Source: Lama glama
Taxonomy: Eukaryota
Length of the DNA stretch: 64,000 bases
NCBI GenBank assembly: GCA_028534125.1
Contig: CM052816.1
Span: 94,490,001-94,554,000, forward strand
Direction: 5' to 3'
Under the pieces are notes generated by a model that had not been told where the DNA came from, searched no databases, and worked only from the letters and a program-made list of their open reading frames with translations. Both the position numbers and the translations under genes were made by a program. How positions within the stretch are numbered: position 1 is the first letter of the stretch; each line of letters opens with the position of its first letter. This document shows positions 63,764-64,000 of this stretch, in pieces.

Positions 63764-64000
63764 CAGTCAGTCTGTATTCTTTAGGATTCATACTTTTTGG
63801 AGTCTTGTTTAAGAAATCGTACCTAGTAAAACAACATTAAAACAATCTCCTATATTTTCTTTAAATAATTGTGAAATTATACCTTTTTACATTAAAGTCT
63901 TTAATTCCTTTGTAATTGATTTCTTTTTTCTTTTCTTTTCTTTTTTTTTTTGGCATGGAAAAGGTAGAGATTCAATTTATTTTTCATGTAAATAACTGAT

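Larger units (their letters stand above)
62440..64000 (-). mobile_element. Old LINE-1 (L1ME-like) carrying two SINE insertions
   Basis: Antisense L1ME-type 3' motifs (gagatgaacacttgactgaatttt; ctttgcaacgtgcttttttcactca; ttgtttaagaaatc...tctcctatattttct). Confidence 0.75.

Overview
This is mammalian genomic DNA, most likely from a camelid (alpaca, llama or camel), judged from four tRNA-derived Vic-1-type SINEs. The window lies inside the very large delta-catenin gene CTNND2 on the + strand. The only coding sequence I can support is one 113-bp internal exon (48634-48746; [37 protein letters not shown]), equivalent to human exon 3. The rest is intron: young and old L1s, L2, CR1/L3, MIR, MaLR/ERV LTRs, Tigger and Charlie DNA transposons, microsatellites and two 500-N assembly gaps. 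Nearly all ORF-track entries are spurious or are L1 remnants. The best leads are a CpG-rich candidate internal promoter/first exon at about 24.2-24.4 kb, a sense ERV LTR with a strong splice donor about 2.7 kb upstream of the exon, and an old ~160-bp direct duplication that I cannot assign to a TE (35.6 kb and 37.1 kb). I see no evidence of a novel multi-gene system. Repeat subfamily names come from recalled consensus sequences, and boundaries of old repeats are approximate.
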